Below, piece after piece: positions 1-18,291 of a stretch of DNA of 26,442 nt. A program made the position numbers and the translations under genes. This stretch comes from Fonticula alba ATCC 38817. Taxonomy: Eukaryota; Protista; Nucleariida. Numbering within the stretch: the stretch's first letter is position 1; every line of letters starts with the position of its first letter. The stretch is taken from NCBI GenBank assembly GCA_000388065.2, contig KB932205.1, one strand, 5' to 3'. The notes beneath the pieces are model-generated. The model made no database searches. It saw nothing but the letters and a program-made list of their open reading frames with translations, and had not been told where the DNA came from.

Positions 1-1258
1 CCCCCCCCCGCAGGCGTGCCTCTTCAGATGCGTGTCCCTTAAAAAAGACATGCGCTGGCATTCGGCCGGTGCGTATCACGCAGGCCCATTCGCAGGCGAG
101 CGAGTGCGGCCCATTCGCAGGACGAGGGATCCGGCCCGGCTCGACAGAGAAGCCCCCCGGCCCCCCCCCCCCGCTGCCCCATGCCATGCTGCGGCTACCT
201 GGCAGACCCTGCCGGACACAGGCTCTCCTGGGGGTGTTCCCTTCCCCCCGGTGGCCCGTCGGGCTGGTCGACGGCACTGTCTGCCAAAATCCCCAGCCCC
301 CTCCCACCGCGGCCATGCACTGGCGCCCGGTCGATGGACGCCCCGCAGCCCCGACCGGGGGACGGGCGTGCTTGCCTGGGGTCGTGCCAACAGCGCGATC
401 TCGCGGGCAGACGGCGCGCGCGAACACACGCCAACGCCCTTGGCAGTCCGTCGCACCCAAATGCCTGGTGCTGGTGGCGTTCTTATATCGGAGACCCGGG
501 CCATTTTTGACGACGAAGGAATGAGTAATTTGTCCTGTTTGGGGGTGGGGACTCCCGGCCGCGCCACGCTGCCAACTTTGTGAGCCAGCCCCCCACGACG
601 CCTCGGAGGTCGGCGCGCTGTCCGCCCGGGGACGGGCGCGCCCTCATATGAGACCTGGTCCGGCCGGCATCCCGGCCGGGTGGTGCACAAAGCGGCCGAC
701 GGACAGCCCACCTCCTCGTGGTAGACCCCTCGAACCTGCCGGCCCCCGGCCCAGCCTAATCCCCGGCTCATATGAGCACGCGCTCCCCCGGGAGCCTGGG
801 CGCGGGTGGTGGGAACGCCACAATCTTGGCTGGGATGGCCCTTGATCACAGATGCCCAGGGGCATGCTGTGTGGGCGTTCCGGGGCAGGCACGGGCCTGG
901 GGCGCGATCCGAGGCCGCCCCACCGGTCCAGCTTGGCTCCTGGCGGACCAGGCCCCCTCGGTCGCAGCGCCGAACCGGGCACCCCGGGCGCCGGCCCATC
1001 CGCCTATGTATGTGTGCTCTGGCGCACACGGCCACTCATCTTTTGGTTGAATCCGCTCGCGCGGGCACGGGTGCGGGTGCCCCGCCTCCACGCAGCCGGC
1101 CCAGCCGGGGAACTGGGGGAAAACCGAACCACAGACGATCCAACCCATCGGACTGGCCAAACACCCGAAAGCCCTCCTTCTCCTTCTTTCGCTGTTCCGC
1201 GCGTCCGCCCTGTCCCCTTACCCTCCCTCCCCTCGCCCGGCGCAGACTCGACCGCGCG

Positions 1259-9008
<7,750 letters not shown>

Positions 9009-9060
9009 GAATCGGCAGCCCGCTCCTCCCCCGTGTGTCATCCGTTGGCAGGAGGCTGTA

Positions 9061-9066
9061 AATAAA
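9061..9066 (+). promoter_or_regulatory. Candidate polyadenylation signal AATAAA for RK1
   Basis: Begins 53 nt after the stop at 9008, followed by a T-rich tract at ~9117-9137. Confidence 0.55.
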
Positions 9067-9341
9067 GCACATTCCCGGATGGTGTCTGTTCCCTGCCCCT
9101 GAAACAGGGGCCCTGGTGTTTTATTTTTATTTTTCTTACCAGGCTGCGAGAGCCTGGGGCGGGGCGCTTTTTTTCTGGCTTTTTTTCCATTGGGGCGAAT
9201 GCGTGACGGCGAGATCTCTCCAGACACGTTGTGGGCCCCATCAAAGCCGGGCCCGGCACAAACGTGTTGCTCCCCTCCTCCACGGAGGTGAGGCCGCCAC
9301 CGGCGCCGGGGGCCCCTTCGCGTCACCCCGGCGCCGGGCCC

Positions 9342-9379
9342 GGGGGGCGGGGGCGGGGGGGGCGGGGGGGGCGGGGGGG
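9342..9379 (+). repeat. G-run cluster (G-quadruplex-capable) upstream of RK2
   Basis: Five G-runs of 5 or more, separated by single C residues. Confidence 0.5.
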
Positions 9380-9630
9380 CCGGCGGCGGGCGTACGGGGT
9401 GCGGCCCGGCCGGGCCGCGATCTGGCCGGCCGAAGCCCGGCTCGCCCGGGGCCGCCCGGGGCCCCGGCAGTCCGCCGGGCCCGGGGCTGGCCGCCTCGAA
9501 GGTGGCGGCCACCGCCTCGGCATGCTTGTCGCGCGGGCCGGCCCCCTGGTACTTGGCGCGCAGGCCGTCCCCCCCCCCCCCCCCCCCCCCCCCCCGCTCC
9601 CCCGCCGAGCTGCCACTTCTCCGCCGCGCC

Positions 9631-11632
9631 ATGGGCTCGCCGCGCCAGCCGGCGCCCGGCAAGGCAGCTGCCTCGTGCCCCTCGCCACCCTCACCACCGC
9701 CATGGGCAACCTCGCGGGTGTTCCGGCTCCTGCAGCTGGCCCTCCTGGTCTTGGGGCTGCTCGCTGGCTCGCCCGGCCGGGCGGCCCCCGAGGCCATCGG
9801 GCGTCTGGAAAGGCCACTGGCCGAGGCGCGCCTGGCCGCCGCGCCCGGGCAGGCCTACCTGCACGCGGCCCCGCTGCGGCTACACAATGCCCCGGACTTC
9901 CATGTGGCCGGGTATCTGGAACGCCGGCCGGCCCTCGCGGCGGTCCTCCGCCCGGCCGACCTTGCCACCGAGCTGTTCGAGCAGCACCCCGCCGTCAAGG
10001 CGCCCGCTGGCCCGGTCGATCCGCGCCTGGGGGCTCTCTTCCACATGGTCGCCCATCAGACGCTGGTCGACCCGGACATGGTGCCCCCCCCTTCGCCGGC
10101 GCCGCCGGAGCACGGGGTGCTGGTGGTGCCGACATCCGGCGCTCACCCGGCGTACCTTTCCCTGCGTGACACATCCATCTGGCGGGTGGCCAACGGCCCG
10201 ACCGTCGGGGCGTCCGTGCATGCCGGGTACCGGGTCCTGGCGGCGCGGGGCTCCGACAGCCAATTCATCCATGTGCTGGTCCAGGCCGCGGGAGGGCTCA
10301 CGCTTTTGGACTTCTCCGCTGCAGGGCTGACCGAAAGGCCGATCTCCCTGCCGGCGGAGGTGACCCAGCCGCAGCATCTCACCGCGCAGGTGTCCTTCTC
10401 CGGGGAATTCTACGTCCAGCATGGGGAGGACGTCTACTTTTTGCAGGGGGACGGGCCACTCACTCGGACGATCGCCGACTCGGCCCCGGCGGCCCTGGCC
10501 ACGCGTCTGCTCACCACCCAGCCGAGCTTGTTGGACATGGTGTCCTTGGGGGCCGACCGGAAATTGGCAATCCGAACCGAACACCGGGTCGCCACCGGCG
10601 GCACGGTCTTCAGCCGCGCCATCCCGGAAGAAGTGAGCCTGACCGGGCGCTTTCTCAACCCCCCGGTTACGTCCCTGCCGGCGGATTCGCCCCAGCGATA
10701 TCTCTACTACGACGACACGGCCCAGCCCGGGGGATCCCTCTGGCGGGTGGACATGGACGACGCCCTGGCCTGGACGCGGCTCATTGTGCCGGCCAGCCTG
10801 GCCCGGGCCGTCATCTCGCTGGTGGAGCTGGATCTGAGCCCGAGCCTGGGCGGCCGGCGCTGGTACCTGGTGGCCGGCGGCCGGGTGCTCCTGGACACCG
10901 CGGCCTTCTGTGCGGGCGACCCGTCGGTGGTGTGCGATGTGCCCGGGGGGGCTGCCACGGCCAACGGCTGGACCTGCGCCCCGGGGCGCGTCCTGTCGCC
11001 GCTGCTCGGGTCCGGGGCCCTGTGTGGCGGCTGCGCGGATGGCTGGCGCTCGGAGCCGGCTGACCAGTCCAATGAGGGTGCGTGCTTGCCCAGGCAGCCT
11101 GGGCCTCGGCCAGGGGGCTTGCCCGGGCCGGTGTCCCTCTCGCATGGCCGCATGCCATGGCGTACTCACATCCCTCGCCATGCGCCCGACTGGTGGCGGC
11201 CACCGTGCCGCCGCCGCCGCCGCCGCCGCCGGCACGTGCGCTTCCCGGGCGGCCCGGCCCCCGGCCAGACCGGTGCATCCCCTGCCCAATGGCCAAGTGC
11301 CAGGCGTGCACGGCCACCGAGTGCCTCCGATGCATGGACGGCTGGCTGCTGGGCCCCGATGGCTGTGTGGCCGCCTGCCCGGCGGCCACCACGCACCACG
11401 GCGACCGCTGCCTGCCCCACCACGGCCAGGCCGGCTTCCGCCTGACGCCGTACGCGGATCCCGGGCTCTCCGGCACATACTCCTGCGTGGCGGCCACCTG
11501 GCTGGTCCCCGGCGCCTCGGGCGGGGTGAGGCTCCGGACGCCGGGCTCGGGCCCGGGCCCGGATGGTGTGCTGCTCTTCGGCGCCGGAGCCCCGGCGGCG
11601 GCGGTGGCGGCGGCGTCCTCGTCGTCCTCGTC

Positions 11633-11664
<32 letters not shown>

Positions 11665-14600
11665 TGCTGCACCACCGGCTGCCCGGGCCCTGGCCAAGCG
11701 CCGAGCCACTGCCGGTGACTGCCCTGCCCGGCGGACACGCGCTGGCCCTGCTGCACGCGCAAGCCCGGCGGTATGTGGAATTTGCGCCGCTGCTCCTCGG
11801 CGCCGAGGTGCTCCTGCTGGGGCTCGCCTGCCTGGCCGATGGGCACCTTGCGAAGGTGACCTTCCGCTGTGTGCCGGAGCCCGACGGCCAGGCCTGCACG
11901 CCGGACGACCTGCCGCCGGAGGGGCTGGCCTCCGGCTGCACCGACCTCGCGCCCCTCGGGCCCGGGGCCGTGGTGGCCATGGCCGCCGAGGTGGCCACCC
12001 TGTGGCGGGTCCGGCCGTCGGACGGGCAGCTGGAGGCCCTGCCCCTGGGCAGCTGGGCCAGCATGCCGGGGCCGTTCCCGGCCGCGGGGCGCCCGCCGCT
12101 GGCGCTCCTGCGAGACTGGCCCTCGGGCCGGACGCGGCTGGCCCCGGTGCAGGCCCTGGCCGAGGGCGACCCGCGGGTGGCCGGCCCGCTGCCCGGCGAT
12201 CCGCCGGCCTTCCCGCCGGATGGCCAGGACCCGGCCTCGGCCGGGGCGCTCTTTGCGCCGGTCACCCTGCGCGCCGGGCGCTCGGCCGCCGGGGCGGAGG
12301 TTGTCCTGTCGCGGGTGCGCGCCACCCCCGGGGCCGGCGAGCCGGCCGTGTGGGAGGCGCTCCACGCGCCGGCCGGCATCCTGCCCCAGGCCCGCACGGC
12401 CGGCCTGGCCACCGAGGCCCTGGTCCTGGCCCCGCTGCAAGTGGACCCGGGCCCGGACTTCCAAGTGCTGGCGGTGGATTTGCCGGGCGACGGGCTGAAC
12501 GCCCACCCGAGCGCCCTGCTGCTGGTCACGCCGCAGGTGGTGGGCCTGGCGGCCCTGCACTGCCCGGCCGCCGGGGCCGCCTGCCGGCTGGGCCCGGCTC
12601 GCCTGATGCCCCCGCCGCCGGGGCTGCTCCGCGCGCAGGACGCCACGGCCGTGGCCGTGGGCCCGCCCGGGCAGGGGCTCCTGCTGCTGGCCCCGGCCAC
12701 CGGGCCGGCCATCCTCCTGCATCTGTGGGAGGACCCCTGCCCCGAGGGGACCTTCCCCCCGGCGTGCACCCCCTGCCATGAGCTCTGCCTTGCCTGCCAT
12801 GGCCCGGGCCGGGCCGACTGCACGGCCTGCCGGCTGGCCCTGCCCCTCGAGCCGGGGGTCTGCCTGGCCGACTGCCCGCCAGGCACGTGGGCCGACTCGG
12901 CTGCCGGGCTGTGCGCCTGCCACCCGGGCTGCCTGCGCTGCGCGCCTGCCCCATCCCCCGGCGCGTACGAGTGCCTCGAGTGCATCCCCGGCACGTCGCC
13001 CTCCCCGGGGAATGCCCTCCCCGGCCGGTGTCTTGCCTGCCATGCTACCTGCTCGGAATGCTCGGTCGCCGGCGACCCGGCCGCTTGCACACGCTGCTGG
13101 CCGGGGCTCCTGCTCCACGGCGCCCACTGCTTGGACGCCTGCCCGCCGGGGTTCTGGCCCGACGAGCAGGACACCTGCCAGCCCTGCACGGCCCACTGCC
13201 AGTCCTGCCTCGGGCCGACCGCCTGCGAGACATGCGCGCCGCAGTACTTCCCCCTCGGCGGCCAGTGTGCCCGGTGCGACGGGACCTGCGCCGCCTGCGA
13301 CCGGGCCGATGCCTGCCTCGCCTGCCAGCCGGGGCTCATCTTCCTGCAGACCGACCCCCAGGCCGGGTCCCTGTGCGGCAGCATGTGCGCCCCGGGCGAG
13401 TACGCCGGGCCGGCCCGCTGCACGGGCTGCCACGCCTCGTGCAGCCTATGCGCCGGTGCCGCCCACCAGTGTCAGGTGTGCGCCGCGGGCCACCGGTGGT
13501 CCGGGGCCGCGCCGGCGCCCGGGGCCACCGGCACATGCGTCGCCTGCCCGCCCGGCTGCACCGGCTGCACCCCGAGCAAGTGCCTCGGCTGCGAGGAGGG
13601 CCTCTTCCTGACGCACGCGGGCGCATGTGTCGACAGCTGCCCGGGGGGCACCTTCGGCGACGCCGACACCGGGACCTGCCAGCTGTGCGATGTCAGCTGC
13701 CAGGAGTGCGCCGGGCCGACGGACGCCCACTGCTCGGCCTGCGCCCCGGGGCTGGACCCGGTCCCCGCGCCGGGGGGGCTGTGGACCTGCGCGCCGGCCT
13801 GCCCGGAGGGCCAATTCCGACCGGCCGGCGCCACCGACTGCCAAGCCTGCCATGAGGCCTGCTCCACTTGCAACGGCCCGACCAACATGGACTGCTGGCG
13901 GTGCGCCGAGGGGGTGCTGCAGGACCGCGAGTGCCGGCAGGCATGTGCCGCGGCTCATGTGGCCATGGCCGGGCGGTGCCTGCCCTGCCACGCCTCGTGC
14001 GAGTCGTGCACCGGGCTCCGGAGCACCGAGTGCGACCAGTGCCCGGGCGACCTGCTGGCCCTGCCGGCCGGCCAGTCGCCGGTGCGCTGTGTGGCCGCCT
14101 GCCCGGTGGGCTACCATGGCGATGGGTCCGGGTGCGCCGCCTGCCCGGCGCGCTGTGCCAGCTGCCCGGCCCAAGCGTCGGCCTGCTCCCTGTGCGAGCG
14201 GGGCTGGCTGCTGGCCGCGGCGGCCTGCGTGACCGACTGCCCGGCCGGGTCCTCGGCCCAGGGCGGCCTTTGCTCCACCTGCCATGGGAGCTGCTCCAGC
14301 TGCTACGGCCCCGGGCCGGACCACTGTCTCTCGTGCGCGGCGGCCACGCCGCTCCAGTGGGGCTCCAGCTGCCTGGGCGAATGCCCCGCCGGGACCTTCG
14401 ACAGCGCCTCTGTCTGCACGCCCTGCCATGTCACCTGCGCCACCTGCACCGGGCCGCTGGACTCGCAGTGCATCACCTGCCCGGGAGACCGGGCGCTCCA
14501 TGCGGGCGCCTGCCTGGCCGCCTGCCCGGCCGGGCATTTTGCCGAGCACCCCGCCGCCGACGGGGCCGTGTGCCGGCCATGCGCCGGCTCGTGTGGCACT

Positions 14601-15803
14601 TGCACCGGGCCGGCCGCTGACCAGTGCACCAGTTGCCCCGGCTCGGCGTTCCTGCATGGGGGCCGGTGCGTGGCCGCCTGCCCCGGCGGCACCTTCGCCT
14701 GCCGGACCAACGGGAGCTGCCAGCCCTGCGACACGGGCTGCCGCGAGTGCACCACGCTCACCAGCGTCGGCGGCCACTGCGCCGCCCTCTGCCACGCATG
14801 CCAGCATGACCGGGTCCACTCGCCCATGACCGGGCGCTGTGAGGCGGCATGCCCGCCCGGCGAGTATGACACCCTGGCCCGGGGGTGCGCCACCTGTGCC
14901 GGGCCCTGCCGGGGGTGCTTCGGCTCGGCGGACCATTGCACATCCTGCCTGGACCCGGCCCTGTGGCTGGAGCCCGGCACCGGGGCCTGCGTGGGTGTCT
15001 GCCCCGAGGGGCAGGGCGTCGCGGCCGAGTGGCCCGCCACCAGCCCCTGGCTCCCGGCCCGGGTGTGCCTCGCCTGCCCGGACGGGTGCGAGCGCTGTGC
15101 GGCCGACTCCCCGGCCGACCGGTGCGCCATCGGTCCCGACGGGCGCCTCTCCTGCCGGCCGGCCGACACATGCACTTGGTGCGGCCCCGGCCTGCTGCTC
15201 CACGCGGGGGCCTGTGTTTCGGACTGCCCGCCTGGCAACTTCGCCGACGGGCTGGCCTCGCCCGCGGCCTGCACCGCCTGCCATCCCGGCTGCAAGGAGT
15301 GCCATGGCCCCGGAGCGGGCGACTGCACTGGCAACTCGGCCGGCCGATCCTCCCTCGGCCTTGGTGCGTGCTTCGACTCTCGCCCCCGCTCCGCCGGGCA
15401 GCCCGCCGCACGGGGCGCCACACTGCCCGCCCGCCTACCCTGTCACCTAACCCGAGGCGCTTCCCGATGCAGCGCTCGGCCTCGGAGTCGGGCTCCTGCT
15501 GCTCTTGGTCCTGGTGGCGCTCGCCGCCCTGGTGCTTTGGCGGCGCCGGCCCGCGGTACGTCCTCCCCAGGCGCCTGTCGTCGGCTGTGCCATCACTAAT
15601 GCCGCCGCCACTTCCCACGCATGACATCAGCGCTGGGCCTCCTCCGTCCCCTCTGCCGCCAAGGCTGCCGATGAAGGTACGACCTTTTTGGTGTGGGGCG
15701 GGCGGGCTCTGCCACGGGCGGGCTCTGCCACGGGCGGGCTCTGCCGCGGGCGGGCTCTCTCACACACACTGACACTCGCACACACTGACACTCGCACACA
15801 CTG

Positions 15804-15861
<58 letters not shown>

Positions 15862-17233
15862 CTCCCTGCGACCATGCTACATGATCTGCCGCGCGGTGCC
15901 CAGATGCTACCATCCTCAACACCATCGTTGGTACGTGCTCCCCCTCACTCTGCCCCCCCCCCCCCTCTCGGCTCCTCGCCCCATCCTGGTGGATCCTGAC
16001 ACCACCATCGCCGAGCAGAGCTCTCACTACCGGGGTCGGTGCTGGTCAGCCTGGAGACGGACTTCCGCCGCGAGGGCCACGCACACCTCGGCGCCGGGAC
16101 CCAGGGGACCGTGTATGTGGCGCAGGCGGTGGGCGTCGGGATCGCCGAGCGCCTGGGCTGCCCGGCCACCGTGGCCATCAAGTGCCTGGACCCCGGCCAG
16201 GCCCCGCACGCCCTGGCCATGTTCCAAAATGAGGTGTCCCTGCTGTGGTCCCTGCGCGAGCACCGGCACATCCTCCGGTTGTACGGCTACTCGGATGCCC
16301 CGCCGGCGCTGGTCCTGCACCGACACGACGCCGACCTGGACACCCTCTTGCGGTCGGAAATCGCGCTCGGCCCCCAGGACACCCTGGACATCATCCACCA
16401 GTGGGGTGCGCGCCATGCAGGCTCCCGCCACAAGGGGCCAACGAAATCACCCCCCGCACGCCGTCAAGGTTCTGACCCTCCCCCGCCGGCGGCCGTGCCC
16501 GGTGTGCCCAGCCGCCGGTGTCGAGATCATGCACGCCCATCGGCTGGCCCACGGCGACATCAAGCCCGGCAATGTCCTTGTCAGCCGGCTGCCCGGGGGC
16601 GCATGGCATGCGGCCGTCGGGGACCTGGGCACGGCGCGCGACCTGGCCCCCGGCCGGACATCGGCCCTGGTCCTGCGCGTGCCGGACATCAGCGCCATGA
16701 CCATTCGCTATGCGGCGCCGGAGGTGCTGGCGGCCCACCAGCGCCGCCAGCCCCTGGCCACCGAGCACTGCCTCGCGGCCGACATCTACGCCGCGGCCAT
16801 CATGCTCTGGGAGTGCCTCACGCGCACGAGCGCCTGGCCGGGTACGCGTGTGCCCCTTTCCGCCTCCTCTTCGTCCGATGCCCGCCTGGGCTGGTGAGCG
16901 GCCCCCGTCCCCGCCCCGTGTCCCGGCTCCCGGCCCTCCTCCGCTCCTGACCGCCCCCCCCCCCTCCCTCTCTCTCTCTCTCTCCGCCGGCATGCGCGTC
17001 CCTCCGCGACAGACGCCACGGTGGACCACATCACTTTGAGCGTCCGCAATGGTCACCGACCGGAGCTGGATCTGGCCCTGGCTCGCTTTTCCCCAGGCCC
17101 GATGGTCGATCGCCTGCGCCCCATGTGCGACCTGCTGGCCGTCGCCTGGCAGCAGGACCCCCACGCCAGGCCGGCGGCCGGGGCCTTCCGGCAAAGGTGT
17201 GCCATGTGCCACCAGTCGACGACCCTTCCTTGA
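9631..17233 (+). CDS. RK2: complete receptor-like TKL Ser/Thr kinase, 2,211 aa. join(9631-11077,11269-15363,15473-15555,15631-15676,15904-15930,16019-16405,16512-16841,17013-17233)
   Basis: ATG in GCCATGG context. Signal peptide h-region FRLLQLALLVLGLLAGSPGRA. All seven introns are GT..AG, most with CTAAC/CTAAT/CTGAC/CTCAC branch points, and the exons sum to 6636 nt (divisible by 3). TM ALGLGVGLLLLLVLVALAALVLW followed by RRR. Kinase motifs LGAGTQGTVY, VAIK, FQNEV, HGDIKPGN, GDLG, YAAPE, ADIYAAAIMLWE. Confidence 0.88.
11595..11663 (+). repeat. GCG/TCG/CCG trinucleotide tract encoding AAAVAAASSSSSSAPPPPPPPPP in RK2 module B
   Basis: Read directly in the RK2 exon 2 frame. Confidence 0.85.
13049..14528 (+). 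repeat. Near-identical direct repeat, copy 1 (RK2 Cys-rich stalk); copy 2 at 22704-23614
   Basis: 13049-13804 is colinear with 22704-23459 (constant offset 9655, ~16 mismatches by eye). 14434-14528 is identical to 23520-23614. Confidence 0.92.
15700..15859 (+). repeat. Compound intronic repeat: (GGGCGGGCTCTGCCAC) x3.7, (CACACACTGACACTCG) x3, then (CA)n
   Basis: Units at 15700/15716/15732/15748 and at 15763/15779/15795; (CA)n at 15811-15859. All lie inside RK2 intron 15677-15903. Confidence 0.9.
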
Positions 17234-18180
17234 CATGCCCCGCCAGGGCTCTCGAGCGGCCGGAAGCTCGGCCCCGGGCCACCAGCACATATGGACAGCC
17301 GGCGAGACGCACATTTTTCCGCGCCCGAAAGAAATACACCACAGGACGGGATCGCGCGGGCATATGCCCTCCTCGCACACTCGAAGGAAGCCCCGGGAGT
17401 GGCTGGCCGCCGGGGCGACCCCCCCCCCCCCCCTCGGCACGACCAGCAAGCAGCACAACAGCCCCGGCGAGAAGTATCCACCTCCCGGGGCCGGGCGCGG
17501 CTTTGGCCGGAGACATGTGCGGCGCGAGGGCCGCATGGTTTGTGCAACTGCCCCGCCATTGCTTTTGGTGGTCCCAAAGGTCCCTGGTGGGATGCCTCGC
17601 ATCGGGGAGTTATCTCGGGCGCTCTGGCTGCATGCCGTCTCTCGAACGAGAGTCCCCTGCCCAAGGGGGCCCATGCGCGCGTTTCATCCGCCCAGACGCG
17701 GCGGCGTGACGGCCCCCCCCCCCGGGGGCCGGGCCTGGCACCGCGTGAGCAGAGGCAGCCATAAATACGAATAACATATTCATATGCTCGCGAGGGGGGA
17801 AACATACGGCGGGCAGCTTTTTCGCAGCAGTGGGCACGTGGCTGGGTGCCGCGAACCAGGGCTGCTGCCAATCGTTGGCAGACGCCCGAATCCCATGCCC
17901 AGACACTTGAGGGCGGATCACACGAACAACAAGGCCCCCTCATCGCACGCCATACGGCCCCGCCCTGACGCTTGGCACATCTGACCCTGCCACTTGCCAA
18001 CGATAGGGCCCCGCAGCGTTGGCGCATGGAATCCCGCGGGCCTGCCCCTTTCGCGCCACGTCCGCGGCGGCGGCGGCGGCGGCCTGTTCGTCCGGATACG
18101 CAGCTGCCCGCACGGCTGCCAGCGCCTGCGCTTGCCTGCGCCGAGGATGTTGCTCACCTCGGCTCGGTCCCGCCCCCCCC

Positions 18181-18290
18181 NNNNNNNNNNNNNNNNNNNN
18201 NNNNNNNNNNNNNNNNNNNNNNNNNNNNNNNNNNNNNNNNNNNNNNNNNNNNNNNNNNNNNNNNNNNNNNNNNNNNNNNNNNNNNNNNNN
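18181..18290. other. Assembly gap (110 N)
   Basis: Run of N between a C-tract and a pyrimidine minisatellite. Confidence 0.99.
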
Positions 18291-18291
18291 T

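Noticed and set aside
1-42. Possible terminal exon of an upstream gene (C-tract, CAG, then GVPLQMRVP-stop)
   Set aside because: Too short and cut by the window edge; no homology evidence.
806-1258. Upstream extension of the RK1 ORF from 806
   Set aside because: Low-complexity Arg/Pro translation with splice-like signals. It would bury the signal peptide ~180 aa inside the protein.
9117-9142. T-rich tract ending CTTACCAG as a splice acceptor or trans-splice site for RK2
   Set aside because: Equally explained as the downstream element of the AATAAA at 9061; no matching donor identified.
11082-11268. Overlap of ORFs 9502-11445 and 11082-15599 read as a programmed frameshift
   Set aside because: Fully explained by the GT-AG intron 11078-11268.
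15700-15810. CRISPR-like or transposon-terminal interpretation of the 16-nt repeats
   Set aside because: The units are head-to-tail with no unique spacers, lie inside a eukaryotic intron, and no cas or transposase sequence is present.
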